Shown: positions 39,623-49,038 of the stretch, one piece after another
How the letters are laid out: the number at the start of each line of letters is the position of its first letter
How positions within the stretch are numbered: position 1 is the stretch's first letter
Source of the DNA: an uncultured virus (IMG/VR IMGVR_UViG_3300031851_000007)
Lineage: Duplodnaviria > Heunggongvirae > Uroviricota > Caudoviricetes
Virus record (IMG/VR): IMGVR_UViG_3300031851_000007
Coordinates: 1-64,000 of that record
DNA: 64,000 nucleotides
Strand: one strand, 5' to 3'
Position numbers and translations under genes: made by a program
The notes under the pieces: model-generated
Told to the model about the DNA's origin: nothing
The model's input: the letters and a program-made list of their open reading frames with translations, nothing else
Database searches by the model: none

Positions 39623-40306
39623 ATGCACATACATCATTTTTCTAATTTCTTTAGGTCTCAAGATAACTTCTTCAATAACCCTGATAAAGTTGTTGATTTA
39701 GCTAATAAACTGGACTTTATAAAGTCTCCAGTGCATCCTGGTACACGTACAAAAAATCTATTTGAAATTAATCAAGAATGCGCAAGTTTTGGTACTTACC
39801 TTGCAAAGCGTATTGCTGACGAAATATTTATCGGAATGCGTAATCTTAAAATAGATATTAGATTCCATAAAAACGATGTATATGATGACCCTGATTGTAA
39901 TGCAGGATGGATACACAACGATCCAGTAAAAGTAGCTGGTGTTATATATTTGAATCAAGGTCTGTTAGATATGCAAGCAGGTACTAGTATGTTTGCAAAA
40001 ACATCTAATAGAAATTTTTCTACTCCTGATATAACTTCTAGAAATAAATTTAATTTAAGTAAAGAAATTACACAGCAATACAAACAAGATTTAGAAGATA
40101 ACCATAGTCATTTCAAAGAAACTCTCAAATGTGGCAATGTGTATAATCGACTAATTGCATATGATAGCAGTATTTTTCATAGACCTAATAATTATGTTAT
40201 TAATAACGGCGAACAAAGATTATCTATAATATTCTTTATAGAACATTATGAATATACACAACCAAAAAGTTTATTAAGTGTAACTCCTGATTGGAACGAC
40301 CGATGA
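39623..40306 (+). CDS. 2OG-Fe(II) oxygenase-like protein (DUF6445-like)
   Basis: DNFFNNPD, GWIHND, AGVIYLN, YNRLIAYDSSIFH, RLS. Start reassigned to the ATG at 39623, 5 nt after TAAGTA. Confidence 0.7.
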   Translation: MHIHHFSNFFRSQDNFFNNPDKVVDLANKLDFIKSPVHPGTRTKNLFEINQECASFGTYLAKRIADEIFIGMRNLKIDIRFHKNDVYDDPDCNAGWIHNDPVKVAGVIYLNQGLLDMQAGTSMFAKTSNRNFSTPDITSRNKFNLSKEITQQYKQDLEDNHSHFKETLKCGNVYNRLIAYDSSIFHRPNNYVINNGEQRLSIIFFIEHYEYTQPKSLLSVTPDWNDR

Positions 40307-40923
40307 TGTTACTTCGAAATGGTATGTTTGATGTACCTATCTACACAGCAAAAGCTACTAATCAAAAGTTAGTAAAGGAATACTTTGCTGATACTATTAT
40401 TCCTAACTTACCTAAATCACCTAATGCAGAACAGTTAAATCTTTATAGTGATTATTTTCCAGGTGCAGATAAATTAGATGACGAATTTTTAAAGTTCTAT
40501 AATACAGATATAGAAAAGTTTCATTTAAAGGCAGGCTTTAACAAGAACATAAGTTGGAACAAACGTGTCCATGCATGGTACAATGTAGGTAGTAAAGGTC
40601 AAATGCAAGAAGAACATGACCATATGGGTGGCTATCCTAGTTGTGTATATAGTGCAATACATTATGTAATATATGACAAAGACGAACATACACCAACAGT
40701 ATTTAAGAATCCGTTGTATGCATTCTACGGTAATTCACATATGACAAAAAATTCTAATAATTTACCGTATGATTGGAAGAGGTTACATATACCACAAGTT
40801 CAAGAAGGCGACTTAATATTTTTTCCTTCATTTGTACCACATAGTGTTGGCGCACAAACATCTGAAAAGTTACGTGCAACAGTAGCACTAAACTTATATA
40901 CACACGAGGAAACAAATGTTTAA
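40303..40923 (+). CDS. Putative 2OG-Fe(II) oxygenase (TIGR02466-like)
   Basis: WYN...QEEHDH, SAIHY, EGDLIFFPSFVPHSV, RATVALN; ATGA overlap at 40303. Confidence 0.8.
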   Translation: MMLLRNGMFDVPIYTAKATNQKLVKEYFADTIIPNLPKSPNAEQLNLYSDYFPGADKLDDEFLKFYNTDIEKFHLKAGFNKNISWNKRVHAWYNVGSKGQMQEEHDHMGGYPSCVYSAIHYVIYDKDEHTPTVFKNPLYAFYGNSHMTKNSNNLPYDWKRLHIPQVQEGDLIFFPSFVPHSVGAQTSEKLRATVALNLYTHEETNV

Positions 40924-41515
40924 TTTAAAAAATTCGTTAGCAGAAAAACAAAATATATATGAATTTGAAATATTTCCAGAGTGGATGATAAAAGCAGGGC
41001 AAGAGCAATTTACTCAGTTTGGTTTTGAATACGGGCACCACGGAAATACATTATCTGATGGTAAGCCTTATTTTGGAAAGATGTTATATCTTTTAGAAAG
41101 TAATCATGATACGCAGAAGCCACATGTAGTAATGAACGTATGTGATGCTATTAAATACAATATACTTCCTACAGTAGATCCAGAAGGTACATTTGAAGGT
41201 TGGCAAAGAATTGCTGTGAACGGACAGTTACCTGGACAGAGTCCTGAAAAGCACGTAGACTCTACAGACAATGAACTTATTTGGACTGCTGTTTACTATG
41301 CCACTGACAGCGACGGTGATACAGTATTCTATCAGTCTAATAAGAATCCAACTACTGAAGTTTGTAGATCAACGTATAAGCAAGGAAAGATTGTGTTGTT
41401 TCCAGGAAGATACTTACATCAAGCACATACTCCGACGCAAAACTGGAGAGTTTCAATAGGAATAAGTTTTATGTTTAATACTAAAATTAATAAGCAACTT
41501 AGGATGGATCGATAA
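40916..41515 (+). CDS. 2OG-Fe(II) oxygenase
   Basis: NGQ...HVD, TAVYY, GDT, LFPGRYLHQA, RVSI. Confidence 0.8.
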   Translation: MFNLKNSLAEKQNIYEFEIFPEWMIKAGQEQFTQFGFEYGHHGNTLSDGKPYFGKMLYLLESNHDTQKPHVVMNVCDAIKYNILPTVDPEGTFEGWQRIAVNGQLPGQSPEKHVDSTDNELIWTAVYYATDSDGDTVFYQSNKNPTTEVCRSTYKQGKIVLFPGRYLHQAHTPTQNWRVSIGISFMFNTKINKQLRMDR

Positions 41516-42144
41516 TGGAACACTTACCTTTATTTCCACAGCATGTATATAAATTTAAATGTAGTAACCATGATAAAATTAAAGAACATCTTATGAAGTT
41601 TGTACTTCCTGCATTTGAAAAGAGTGAACCTAACGGCGGATCACAAAGTATTTTTACTGATTATATTCCGGGTACTGGTGCTATGGTAAACTGGAAATTT
41701 ATACATAGCTTATTTTTGCCTGATATAAACAAAGCATTAACACATATAGGCTTTAATATGAATGAATGGAATTTACGTCAACGGTCATGGTATAACTTTA
41801 GTACTGATAATCAAAACGAATGGAAACATGATCACGTAGGCGGTAGTAGTACAATTAGTTGGAGTTATGTGCATTATACTCATTTAGAAGAAGAAGATGC
41901 AGGAACTATATTCTTTAATCCTGATAATCAAAATTTAAGATCTTTTTGTCCTACAAAGGATCTTGCATACTTACCTGAAATGTATTTGCACGAAAGAGAA
42001 CAGCCTAAAGTAGAAGAAGGAGATATAATTTTGTTTCCTAGTTGGTTAAAACATTCTAGCCCAGCACATAAAGAAAATAAATTAAGAGTTACTATTGCAA
42101 CTAACTTAATGTTGAAAACACCTAATGATACGGATGGATATTAA
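41515..42144 (+). CDS. Putative 2OG-Fe(II) oxygenase (TIGR02466-like)
   Basis: LFP, SWYN...HDH, SYVHY, EGDIILFPSWLKH, RVTIATN. Confidence 0.8.
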   Translation: MEHLPLFPQHVYKFKCSNHDKIKEHLMKFVLPAFEKSEPNGGSQSIFTDYIPGTGAMVNWKFIHSLFLPDINKALTHIGFNMNEWNLRQRSWYNFSTDNQNEWKHDHVGGSSTISWSYVHYTHLEEEDAGTIFFNPDNQNLRSFCPTKDLAYLPEMYLHEREQPKVEEGDIILFPSWLKHSSPAHKENKLRVTIATNLMLKTPNDTDGY

Positions 42145-42836
42145 TGCTACTAAAAGGTAACAAACCGCAGTATAATAATGAATTAATAGATTACCAAACA
42201 GGTATCTATATGGCAGATTTAAATCCTTTTGTATTTCAAATGCTGAAGAAAGATGCCATTGGGGGCATTGACAAAATAGTAGAGTCTTCAGGAAAACGTA
42301 AACACGACTTGCTAAAGATGTTTGAAGACGATATACCTAAAGAATTATTCTTTACAGAGCCTACAACTAGTAGGAAGGCATTTGAAGCAGAGTTATTAAA
42401 ATTATCTCAAACTTATATAGAAACATTTCCTGACATTGAGGCCGAATTACTAATTAGTGATATAGATGAATTTTCACAAGCTGAGTTGTACGTAGAGCGT
42501 TTATGGATAAATTATCAACGCCCTACTGAATTTTTACCTTTACACTTACACACTGGGTTGTTAAGTTTTGTAGTCTGGACTCAAGTACCTTATAGCTTTG
42601 ACGACCAATTAGGTATGCAAGCATATAGTGCAAGTAAAGATAGAGTAGGAAAATTTGAGTTTGTCTTTAGTAATAGTCTCGGAGCAATAAGAACATTAGA
42701 TTTGCCTGTTGATAAATCTTTTGAAGGTAGAATTTGTGTATTCCCAGCTAAGATGTATCACCAAGTGTATCCGTTTTATCAAAGTGACGACTTTAGAATT
42801 ACTGTATCTGGAAATATTAGAGTAAGAAAAAAATGA
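42144..42836 (+). CDS. Putative 2OG-Fe(II) oxygenase
   Basis: WINYQ...PLHLHTG, SFVVW, FPAKMYHQVYPF, RITVSGN. Confidence 0.8.
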   Translation: MLLKGNKPQYNNELIDYQTGIYMADLNPFVFQMLKKDAIGGIDKIVESSGKRKHDLLKMFEDDIPKELFFTEPTTSRKAFEAELLKLSQTYIETFPDIEAELLISDIDEFSQAELYVERLWINYQRPTEFLPLHLHTGLLSFVVWTQVPYSFDDQLGMQAYSASKDRVGKFEFVFSNSLGAIRTLDLPVDKSFEGRICVFPAKMYHQVYPFYQSDDFRITVSGNIRVRKK

Positions 42837-43480
42837 AAATTGAATTTATAACAGACCGTGAAACAGCAAAATATTTCTCTCCAATACCTGCAAGTACTAG
42901 TATGCCTGATTGGTATAATAGCAATATAGAACCTCGCGATACTATATATTCGTGTCCACCTGTTATGGACTTTATTAATAGCGGATATATGATTCGAAGC
43001 ACATATGAATATGATGTTGACGAAAAAATAAAAGATTTTGTAAAGGGAAGAGAAATTAGTAGTGTTAACACAAGACCACAGATGCGTAAACACCCTAGCA
43101 TATATACTAATACCGCATTTCCAAAAACAAAAGTTATACAAAAATCCTATGCAAGAATAGAAACTGATTTTGTTATCAAAACACCACCAGGTTACAGTTG
43201 TATGATATTTCATCCACACTATCAAGACATAACTAACTTTACAGTTCTACCAGGAATAATTGACACTGATAAACATGATTATGTACTATCAGTAGTAGTA
43301 GAAGCACATGTCAAAAATTTAAAAATTAGTCCAGGTGATATACTTGCACAAGTAGTTCCGTTTAAAAGAGATCCTTGGACATCACAAGTAAATTTAGTTG
43401 ACAATATCAGTAGTCATGTGTTACAATATATTACAGGTGCATACAAGAAATTGTTTCATGCAAAAAAGGAATTTAAATAA
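42833..43480 (+). CDS. Uncharacterised protein, paralogue A (DUF6065-like/dUTPase-fold-like)
   Basis: PIPA...PDWY, CPPVMD...GY, TPPGYS, PGIIDTD, GDILAQVVPFKR. Confidence 0.6.
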   Translation: MKIEFITDRETAKYFSPIPASTSMPDWYNSNIEPRDTIYSCPPVMDFINSGYMIRSTYEYDVDEKIKDFVKGREISSVNTRPQMRKHPSIYTNTAFPKTKVIQKSYARIETDFVIKTPPGYSCMIFHPHYQDITNFTVLPGIIDTDKHDYVLSVVVEAHVKNLKISPGDILAQVVPFKRDPWTSQVNLVDNISSHVLQYITGAYKKLFHAKKEFK

Positions 43481-43482
43481 TA

Positions 43483-44166
43483 GTGGATAACATAATAAAG
43501 TTTATTTGTTACGACAAAACTATCGTGGATCTTTATCCGCCTTTACCTGCTTCAAAAATAATTCCTGATTGGTACAAACAAATACCAAACGAAATAATGC
43601 ATGGTCAAGAAAAACATGCAGTACCTACAATTAAGAAATGTGTTCCAGTATTAGATTACCTTACTACTGGTTATGTCTTGCGGCATTCACATCAAACAGA
43701 CTTTAAAGTATTAAATGAAAACGGAAGAAGAGATACTGAGTATATGTGTCCTATGAAGGATTATGTGTCAGCTCATCCGCACGAACAATGTCCTATTAAG
43801 ATTGAGGGCGACAATCATAATTATATTAAATTTAACCAACCTTGGATGGTTAGAACTCCGCCTGGCTATAGTACATTGTTTTTTCAACCTTTCTATAATA
43901 TGAATGAAGATTATGTAATGTTTCCTAGTGTAGTTGATACCGATACACATGACGATAGTGTAAATTTTGTTGGTTATGCTAAACAAGATTTTGTAGCTGA
44001 CCCAGGTGATCCATTAATGATTGCTATGCCATTTAAACGTGACAATTGGAAGTCTGAAATTGTATACGATGACTACTTAGGCAAAACTGTTTACTCTCAT
44101 TTCATAAAGAAAGTATGGCACGGAACATACGCCAAATTCTTTCATCAAAAGAAAAATTATAGGTAA
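43483..44166 (+). CDS. Uncharacterised protein, paralogue B
   Basis: PLPASKIIPDWY, TIKKCVPVLD...GY, PWMVRTPPGYS, VVDTD, GDPLMIAMPFKR; GTG start. Confidence 0.6.
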   Translation: MDNIIKFICYDKTIVDLYPPLPASKIIPDWYKQIPNEIMHGQEKHAVPTIKKCVPVLDYLTTGYVLRHSHQTDFKVLNENGRRDTEYMCPMKDYVSAHPHEQCPIKIEGDNHNYIKFNQPWMVRTPPGYSTLFFQPFYNMNEDYVMFPSVVDTDTHDDSVNFVGYAKQDFVADPGDPLMIAMPFKRDNWKSEIVYDDYLGKTVYSHFIKKVWHGTYAKFFHQKKNYR

Positions 44167-44174
44167 TTATTAGT

Positions 44175-44870
44175 ATGTTCAATATTATTAGACGCCCTAG
44201 CAAAATACATCTTGACTGCTTTACATACCAGCAGGAGATTGTTGATTTGTTTCCAATTGCTCCTGCAATAAAGTTCTTACCCGAATGGTATAAAAAGTTA
44301 TCTACTACTGTAGAGTACAAAGGACCACAAAGAGGTACAATGAAAACTTGTCCTGGAGTGGCTGATCTATTTAGAAAAGGATTTATTATTCCTGCGCATA
44401 GAGAATTTTATGCAGAAGTAGTAAATGGTACACCACGTGCAGTACCCGAAAGTGAAGCTGAAAATCACGAACCTTCACAATGGGGATCAGCACTAAAAGA
44501 TTATGGACACATGAAAATTATTAGTCCATGGCGTATAAGAGAAAAGACAGGTGTTCAATTTATATGGACACAACCATTTTGGCAAAATGATACAGCTAAG
44601 TATTCGGTTCCAACTGGTATTGTAGAATACAAGTACCAACATACTACTAACATAAATGTACTTGCACAAAAAAAATTATATCCTAATAATTTTTCAATTA
44701 ATGCTGGTGAACCTTTAGCACATGTTATGCCTTTGTCAGATAAAAAAATAGTATTGCATCATCATGTAGTTGATGGTATGGAATGGCAGTTAAAGCATAG
44801 TACATATGCATTTACATTTTCAGGTCAATATTACAAATACAAAAAACTAATGCAGGATAAAGGCAAATGA
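44175..44870 (+). CDS. Uncharacterised protein, paralogue C
   Basis: PIAPAIKFLPEWY, TMKTCPGVAD...GF, SPWRI, GIVEY, GEPLAHVMP. Confidence 0.6.
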   Translation: MFNIIRRPSKIHLDCFTYQQEIVDLFPIAPAIKFLPEWYKKLSTTVEYKGPQRGTMKTCPGVADLFRKGFIIPAHREFYAEVVNGTPRAVPESEAENHEPSQWGSALKDYGHMKIISPWRIREKTGVQFIWTQPFWQNDTAKYSVPTGIVEYKYQHTTNINVLAQKKLYPNNFSINAGEPLAHVMPLSDKKIVLHHHVVDGMEWQLKHSTYAFTFSGQYYKYKKLMQDKGK

Positions 44871-45481
44871 TACGAAATATGTTTCCTACGCCGGTTTATT
44901 TTCATACGCCTAAAATTGAAGAAATCTTTTTAGTACAAAATGAAATTAAAGGTGCATTAGATGAAATAAACAAAGACAAGTTTGAAAGACCAGATGGATG
45001 GTTAGAAGATATTCAAACTAATATTAATTCACGCAAAAATACAATTGCTGATTTTAAATTAACTAATCTACATGAATATGTTAAGAAACATACATATGCA
45101 TATTGTCAAGAGATTCAACCCTTTATTGGAAAACCTATCTTTATGGCACATAGTTGGGTTAATAAATCAAGTAAAGGCCAAGGACAAGAATGGCACTCGC
45201 ATAGTGATAGCTTTATTAGTGGCGTATACTATTATCAAACATCAGGCGAAGATGGTGACATAGGATTAAAGAATCCTGTACCACAAGCTAAACAGGGACT
45301 ATTTCCTGCAGGACAACAAGTACACGAGTATGAATGGTTTAGACCATCGCCTGGCATGCTTATACTCTTTCCTGGCTGGTTAGAACACCAAGTTCAGTTA
45401 AATACCACTAATGAAACAAGAATTACAGTAGCATTTAATTGGCTATCTGATGTTGAAGAAGAAAAAAGGAATGCTTTATGA
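44867..45481 (+). CDS. Putative 2OG-Fe(II) oxygenase (TIGR02466-like)
   Basis: MFPTPVY, SWVN...HSH, SGVYY, LFPGWLEHQV, RITVAFN. Confidence 0.85.
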   Translation: MIRNMFPTPVYFHTPKIEEIFLVQNEIKGALDEINKDKFERPDGWLEDIQTNINSRKNTIADFKLTNLHEYVKKHTYAYCQEIQPFIGKPIFMAHSWVNKSSKGQGQEWHSHSDSFISGVYYYQTSGEDGDIGLKNPVPQAKQGLFPAGQQVHEYEWFRPSPGMLILFPGWLEHQVQLNTTNETRITVAFNWLSDVEEEKRNAL

Positions 45482-47181
45482 GAAAACCGATTGAAAGAAT
45501 AATTATTGCCGGTGGCGGATCTGCTGGTTGGATGAGTGCTGCAATGCTGTCAAAGCAATTTCCAGACATGCAAATTGCACTAGTTGAATCTCCTGATATA
45601 CCAACTGTAGGAGTAGGGGAATCAACACTTGGAACTATTAACAGCTTCATGGATGCACTAGGTCTAAAAGATACAGACTGGATGAAAGAATGTGATGCAA
45701 CATATAAGTTTGGTATTAAATTTACAGACTTCTATGAAAAAGGCCAAGCATTTTATTATCCGTTTGGTATTAAAGATACACAGAATACGCAACAAGGACT
45801 AACTGATTGGTATGTTAAGAAAACATTAAATCCGGAAACGCCTAATAATGACTTCTACGAAAGTTTTTATAGTGTTATGCCGTTGATATACAAAAACAAA
45901 GTATATGATAATGCCGACGGACAATTACCAGGATTTAGCTTTAGTTCTGATGTTGCTTATCACATGGATGCTACAAAATTTGGTAACTATTTAAGAGATA
46001 AAATTTGTTTACCAAACGGTGTAGTACACATTAAAGAAGATATTACAGAAGTTAATATAGACGGTGAAGAGTATATAACTGGACTTAAATTATCCAATGG
46101 CGATGTTATCGATGCTGATTTATATTTAGACTGTACCGGGTTCAAATCAATGCTACTAAAAGGTGCATTAAACGTTCCTTACGATTCATTTAGAGATGTA
46201 TTGAAAAATGATTATGCATGGCATTGTCATTTGCCATATGACGATAAAGAAGTTGAAATGGAAAACGTTACTAACTGTACTGCGTTTGATAATGGTTGGG
46301 TATGGAATATTCCTCTATATAATAGAATTGGTACAGGATATGTATACGATAGTAAAATGTATATGGATAAACAAGAGAACGATGACGGTACTCTTGGTCC
46401 AACAAATCACGAAAATGCATTAGAACATTTTAAAGAATATTTAAAAAATACTGATTATATGCACTTTGAAAAAAATGTTGACGAGTTAGAGTTTAAACAT
46501 ATTAAAATAGAAAACGGTTGCCATAGAACAGCATGGAAGACTAATGTTGTTGGAGTTGGACTTGCATATGGGTTTATTGAACCATTAGAATCAACTGGAC
46601 TGTTAAGTGTACAAGAAGTACTATTAAGGTTATGCGAAACATTGCACAAGCCTATAGTTAACAGAGTTTACAAAGATCAATTCAACATTGTTAATAGACA
46701 AATTATGAATGGATTTAGAAACTTTGTAGGTTACCACTTTACACTTAGTGGAAGAAGAGATACTGAATATTGGAGACAATGTACAGAGTGGGTAAGAATG
46801 GACGCTACTGTAGATGATTTAAAGTATGACGATGTACATACTAATATGGCTGAAATGGCAAATAGAATGTTACAATCACACGATCTACCAGGTGATCCGT
46901 ATATGGGCGGCGTTCCGGATATATTTGTAGGTATGAATAACCTTCCTGCAAACCCTACACAATTAGGCGTTCTTGAAAACTTGTTGATAGCACGTAACGG
47001 TGAAGTACCTGAAATGTTCTCACAACAGACACAAGATTACTGGGATCAAAAGAAACAATACATTGATATGCTTGCTGAAGATGCACCATCGCATTATCAA
47101 TACCTAAAAGATACAATCTTTGAACCAGTTGAAGTTGAAGACAACGGAGACATTGAGGAAATTGAAGACGAATCCGAATAA
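45478..47181 (+). CDS. Flavin-dependent halogenase (tryptophan halogenase/PrnA family) 1
   Basis: GGGSAGW, VGVGEST, ATYK (catalytic Lys position), DCTGF, GWVWNIP (WxWxIP), FIEPLESTG. Confidence 0.93.
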   Translation: MRKPIERIIIAGGGSAGWMSAAMLSKQFPDMQIALVESPDIPTVGVGESTLGTINSFMDALGLKDTDWMKECDATYKFGIKFTDFYEKGQAFYYPFGIKDTQNTQQGLTDWYVKKTLNPETPNNDFYESFYSVMPLIYKNKVYDNADGQLPGFSFSSDVAYHMDATKFGNYLRDKICLPNGVVHIKEDITEVNIDGEEYITGLKLSNGDVIDADLYLDCTGFKSMLLKGALNVPYDSFRDVLKNDYAWHCHLPYDDKEVEMENVTNCTAFDNGWVWNIPLYNRIGTGYVYDSKMYMDKQENDDGTLGPTNHENALEHFKEYLKNTDYMHFEKNVDELEFKHIKIENGCHRTAWKTNVVGVGLAYGFIEPLESTGLLSVQEVLLRLCETLHKPIVNRVYKDQFNIVNRQIMNGFRNFVGYHFTLSGRRDTEYWRQCTEWVRMDATVDDLKYDDVHTNMAEMANRMLQSHDLPGDPYMGGVPDIFVGMNNLPANPTQLGVLENLLIARNGEVPEMFSQQTQDYWDQKKQYIDMLAEDAPSHYQYLKDTIFEPVEVEDNGDIEEIEDESE

Positions 47182-48679
47182 TATAGTAATAGTTGGCGGC
47201 GGTAGTTCTGGATGGATGACCGCCGCTATTCTTTGTACTAGATTTCCAAATAAACACATTACATTAATTGAGTCTCCTGATATACCAACTGTAGGTGTAG
47301 GAGAGTCTACATTAGGTAGTATTAATCTATTTTTTAATCTGTTAGGATTAGAAGACAAAGACTGGATGCCTTACTGTAATGCTACATACAAACTTGCAAT
47401 ACAATTTACTGATTTTTACAAAAAAGGCGAAACGTTTTACTATCCGTTTGGTGATAAAGATTTTTCTAACAGTCGAGGTATTGACGATTGGATGATCAAA
47501 AAAGCATACAATAAAGACTTGCCCATTAAAGATTACTACGACACTTTTTACAGTATAATGCCATTTGTATACGATAATAAAATACCAGCTACAAAGGTTG
47601 GTAACTTTAACTTTACCAAAGATGCAGCATATCATATGGATGCAGCAGCGTTTGGTGAATTTCTAAAAGAAAAGGTATGTATACCAAAAGGTGTAAATTA
47701 TATTCAAGACACTATACAAGATGTTGAATTGCATGACAACAACATACATTGTTTAAAGTGTAACAATCATACTATACACGGAGATTTATTTGTAGATTGT
47801 AGTGGCTTTAGAAGTTTGTTGCTTGAACAAACAATGAAGGTTCCGTTTACAAGTTTTAAGGACCATTTACCTAATGACAGAGCTTGGACTTGTCATTTAC
47901 CATATGATGATAAAGATGCTGAAATAGAAAATGTAACAAATTGTACTGCATATAATAATGGATGGATTTGGAATATACCTTTATATCATAGAGCCGGCAG
48001 CGGCTATGTATTTTGTACTGACTTTATTAGCGAAGATGATGCATTAATAGAATACAAGCAATATATACAACAGTTAGGAAAAAATCCTAACGAACTTAAT
48101 TTTAGATTAGTTAAAATCAAAAATGGACGACACGATGTTTGTTGGAAGAACAATGTTGTTGGAGTTGGACTTGCATATGGGTTTATTGAACCGTTAGAAT
48201 CAACTGGGTTACTTAGTACACAGGAAATGTTACTTGCATTATGCGAGACACTGTACAATGATAACGTAGGAAGTTTACAAGTAAAAAACTTTAATTATTT
48301 TTGTGCTAATATGTTAGATACATTTAAAGAATTTGTAGCATACCACTACATTGCTAGTAGCCGTAAGGATACAAAATATTGGAAACATGTTACAGAAAAT
48401 ATAAGTATTGATTCAGATGAAAGCATTGATCTTGCTCATAATTATACTGTAAATCATACTACATCTAATGATAGTGCTGGATTGCCGGATATACTAGTAG
48501 GCATGCATTATTATTCACATAACCCGTTGAGTGTTGACTGGACTAGTTTTGTTACAGGAAGTCCGTTAGTTACATCAAAAAATTGGGAAAATACTGTAAG
48601 TCAAAAAAATAGACTCTACCAAAGTATTAGTGATAAGAGCCTATCTCATTATAATTATTTAGAACGATTTATATATTAA
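47120..48679 (+). CDS. Flavin-dependent halogenase 2 (start uncertain: TTG at 47120, 47153 or 47162)
   Basis: GGGSSGW, VGVGEST, ATYK, DCSGF, GWIWNIP, FIEPLESTG. No in-frame ATG precedes the Rossmann motif. Confidence 0.9.
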   Translation: MNQLKLKTTETLRKLKTNPNNIVIVGGGSSGWMTAAILCTRFPNKHITLIESPDIPTVGVGESTLGSINLFFNLLGLEDKDWMPYCNATYKLAIQFTDFYKKGETFYYPFGDKDFSNSRGIDDWMIKKAYNKDLPIKDYYDTFYSIMPFVYDNKIPATKVGNFNFTKDAAYHMDAAAFGEFLKEKVCIPKGVNYIQDTIQDVELHDNNIHCLKCNNHTIHGDLFVDCSGFRSLLLEQTMKVPFTSFKDHLPNDRAWTCHLPYDDKDAEIENVTNCTAYNNGWIWNIPLYHRAGSGYVFCTDFISEDDALIEYKQYIQQLGKNPNELNFRLVKIKNGRHDVCWKNNVVGVGLAYGFIEPLESTGLLSTQEMLLALCETLYNDNVGSLQVKNFNYFCANMLDTFKEFVAYHYIASSRKDTKYWKHVTENISIDSDESIDLAHNYTVNHTTSNDSAGLPDILVGMHYYSHNPLSVDWTSFVTGSPLVTSKNWENTVSQKNRLYQSISDKSLSHYNYLERFIY

Positions 48680-49023
48680 ATACCTTCTGGTATGTACATA
48701 GATGATGCACCTGTGCCATCAACATCTTCATCAATGTCATCTGGATCTATCATCATACGTTCCATTTTTGCTGTTGTATCTGCTTGGTGTTGTGCTGCTG
48801 TTTTTAGTGTAGCTGCTTGAATAACACCTTCTTTTGTAGCAGGTATATTACGTGTGCCTGGTTTTGAAAATTCTTCTCTAACCAATGCGTCAGCAACACT
48901 GTCTACCATTTCTAGAATGTATCCTGTAACTTTATCGTCACAGTATTGATTTGGGTTATCTGTTACGTAGCAAAGAGCTTTGTAATCAGCATCACTTATT
49001 TGTACTGTAAATGAATGGGCCAT
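48676..49023 (-). CDS. Small hypothetical protein (candidate fibre partner/chaperone), paralogue 1
   Basis: TVQISDADYKALCYVTDNP resembles TFEITDMEYKVLANQALDP in the next ORF; AGGAG RBS. Confidence 0.6.
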   Translation of the reverse strand: MAHSFTVQISDADYKALCYVTDNPNQYCDDKVTGYILEMVDSVADALVREEFSKPGTRNIPATKEGVIQAATLKTAAQHQADTTAKMERMMIDPDDIDEDVDGTGASSMYIPEGI

Positions 49024-49038
49024 GTTATCTCTCTCCTA

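Noticed and set aside
47120..47181. Programmed frameshift fusing the two halogenases
   Set aside because: It would need a +1 shift, and I see no slippery site or stimulatory structure; a TTG start is simpler.
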